A stretch of DNA of 63,700 bases, the filler included, from Octopus bimaculoides (lineage: Eukaryota), in the NCBI RefSeq assembly GCF_001194135.2. It is 5 parts of 5 records of this genome, joined end to end, with 100 filler letters (N's around TTAATTAATTAA, not from the genome) between each part and the next. Parts side by side here need not be neighbours in the genome. Positions count along the whole stretch, not along the records: positions 59,556 to 63,700 come from NC_068982.1; 4 more parts are not named here. The stretch is one strand, 5' to 3'. Below the pieces are notes generated by a model, which saw only the letters and a program-made list of their open reading frames with translations, was not told the DNA's origin and did not search any database. Made by a program: the position numbers and the translations under genes. Each line of letters starts with the position of its first letter. The first letter of the stretch is position 1. This document shows positions 61,439 through 63,700 of the stretch, piece after piece.

Positions 61439-61477
61439 CTAGACTACCCGTGACCCGTTGGGTCACCGGGTAGGTCT
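61439..61477 (-). mobile_element. Helitron-like 3' terminus (strong hairpin plus CTAG-T)
   Basis: 16-bp stem with two 1-nt bulges and a GTT loop (61441-61477). CTAG at 61439-42 is followed by T on the minus strand. Confidence 0.5.
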
Positions 61478-61839
61478 GAGTTTCCCAGCAACGAGACATT
61501 GAAATCACGCGTAAACGGCTCCTTTCCCCAGAAAAGGATATATCTGGCTGATATTTCTTGCACGCCCAGCTACCACGTAATGAGTACTTCGGGTCCTTTA
61601 TTGCAAATAGCTGTTACCTGGTAGCAGGGCATGCTAGAAATAGCAGCCAAATCTTTGGAGGTGAGATACGTTGAATACACTCGAAAAATCTATGGAAAAA
61701 AAATTATTTCACACCAAGGGTCTTTTACAAAACATTTACCGTATTTTTAAAGTCATTTTCACTTTAAAATATTTTTTGAATATGCCCCAAAACATTTTGT
61801 AATGGCATTCACTTGAAAATATTTTTAAAAGACATTAAA

Positions 61840-61929
61840 ATAGTGTCTGTTTCAAGAAAGCTCTTAAATAATTTTCAATTCGTCTTTTGGTCATTCGTAG
61901 TGCTCCTACAATCACTGGTATTGTAACCG

Positions 61930-61930
<1 letters not shown>
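61840..61930 (-). mobile_element. R4/Dong-like LINE, short C-terminal fragment abutting (TAA)n
   Basis: AVTIPVIVGALRMTKRRIENYL resembles the IPVVIGALG..K..EKYL end of R4-clade ORFs. (TTA)n lies at 61931-61998. Confidence 0.6.
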
Positions 61931-62001
<71 letters not shown>

Positions 62002-62019
62002 CATACACGCATACATACA

Positions 62020-62990
62020 TTCAGCATGCAAAGATGAAAGAGAACATCAGAAAGGAGCGTTACAGGAGAGTTCAAGCAGTCCTAAAATCCGAGTTAAATG
62101 CACGTAACAAGGTGTTAGCTTTCTTTAGCAATTCCGGTTGTTATTTACAGTTTCAATGTGTTGAACTGGAATATGAGCAAAATAAGGAAGATTGACAAGA
62201 AAATCCGTAAGCTGCTAATTTGTAATAAGATGCACTAGCCAAAGGCAGACGCAGATCGTCTTTACCTACTCAGAGCTCAAGGAGGTCGATGTTTGATCCA
62301 GTTTGAAATCTCTTATAAAACCACCACAACTGGACTGGCAAAATATCTTAAAACATCTAACGACTGGAGGCTAAAGCTCGTTGAAAACCATGCAAGATGT
62401 AAAAGCTTCGTTCTGTTATGAAGGGAGCAAAAACTTTTCAAGTGAGTTTATGCATAATACCCAGGTTGAACAGCATGACATGGCTGATAGGTAGGAACAA
62501 AAACCTCTATATGGTAAATATGTGGCCTGTAGCAAAGAAGCTGGTGTAGACCAGAAGCACACCCGTCAGTGGCTACGGAGCTCGGGGCTAAAGGTATAGA
62601 GTGAAGGCTTTATCTTGGCTGCTCAAGATCAGAGCTCACTGACCCAGAACTATCAAGCTAATATGATGAAAAATGGCGTAGACCTAAAGTGCCGATACTG
62701 TAACGATTGGATTGAAACAGTGGACCACCTAATCTCTGGGTAAAAGGTCTCAGCACGTGTAGAGTATAAATTAAGACTTGACTAGGTTGGCCAATATCTA
62801 CTTTGGATAATGTGAGGGCATCATAAAATCAAAACTGCTGACAAATGGTACAAGCACCATTCTGAGGCTGTAACTGAGGGAGAAAATGTAACGACTCTTT
62901 GGGACTTTCCAGTTTGTACAGACCGGACCATCAAACCAAATAAACCAGATATTGTTGTGAAAGACCAAAACAATAAAATTTGTTTATTGA
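62020..62990 (+). mobile_element. R4/Dong-clade LINE fragment (RT thumb, CCHC knuckle, RLE start), pseudogenised
   Basis: RRVQAVLKSELNARNKV..IDKKIRKLL..H*PKADADRLYLLRAQGGR; GFILAAQDQSL; KCRYCNDWIETVDHLISG*; RLD (RHD motif); LWDFPVCTDRTIKPNKPDIVVKD. Confidence 0.88.
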
Positions 62991-63700
62991 TTTTCGTTAG
63001 GCTTATGGAATGATTTATAGGAATTAATTTTGAGGTCTGAGGAAACATCTAAGAAGTCAGTCCAAGTTTAGTTAATATCAATAGACAACCTAAGCCCTAA
63101 AGAACTAAATTGTTTTCTAAAGGAATCCATAGTGTGCCCAACACAATTATGTGGCAATGCCAAAACATCGTCCCAGTATATACCGATGTTATGGTTGAGG
63201 AATTTCAAATTTAAATGATCTAATATATATAAACCAACCTAATTGCATATATCTGCGCTGATGTACGAACCCATTGGTACATGGAATAGTTCACGAGGAT
63301 TATTATTTTTGTTTTGTTTTGTTTGTTTTTTTATTTTTGTTTTTTGGTTTTGTTTTTTTTTGGTTTTGTTTTGATCCAAATAAATCCACCACGAAATAAC
63401 AGTGTCGTACATACGTGCATAATGAGCTTATTTCATGCAAACCGTCTTGCAAAGCTTTCTCTGTCATGTTCAAACGTTACACACCTTCCTTCCAAGCACT
63501 GCTGTAAACAGCCGAAGTGGGCTAGAATGTTAAAACTTAGTGAGCATGCACAGCAGAGTTCAAGATTAATCTGTGCCAAGCGACTTTACTTTGTGTGCTT
63601 TAGCTTCGTTACTATGGCAACAGTCCGGATACTTATTGATCAGACCACTATATGTACATACAGACACATGCACACACACACATACACACACACATACATA

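Noticed and set aside
63180-63280. KPT..YL-like Penelope RT trace
   Set aside because: Too short and too degenerate to support a call.
1-63700. Most track ORFs ([12 protein letters not shown], poly-D/H/M/V/E/K/S and X-filled frames)
   Set aside because: They are translations of microsatellites or N-gaps, with no domain, codon or splice support.

Overview
AT-rich, microsatellite-saturated animal DNA from a gapped draft assembly (17 N-gaps, four carrying an artificial TTAATTAATTAA spacer). The repeat families suggest an octopod cephalopod; this is inference from recalled repeat types, not a database hit. I found no recognisable host protein-coding exon, intact tRNA, rRNA or CRISPR array. Nearly all track ORFs are microsatellite or gap artefacts, and the window looks like intronic or intergenic transposon debris. 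It contains four abundant interspersed repeat families (three tRNA-headed SINEs plus one unclassified), decayed LINEs (HERO-like, R4/Dong-like, RTE, Tx1/L1-like), Penelope-like elements (PLEs), two mariner fossils, piggyBac-, Merlin- and hAT-like MITEs, and Helitron-like 3' ends. The most notable signal is a set of minimal type I hammerhead ribozyme folds in PLE-type repeats: 16715-16760 (-), 19181-19217 (+) and 36299-36375 (+), plus degenerate remnants. All three have self-complementary stem III and end in (TA)n. At 16.6-16.8 kb an intact-core hammerhead overlaps a 63-nt hairpin that would sequester its catalytic core, and it faces a second, opposite-strand hammerhead remnant. Also notable are a Merlin-like MITE folded around a head-to-head telomere-repeat palindrome and several unverified microexon candidates. 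Ends of degenerate repeats are approximate (about +/-20 bp).
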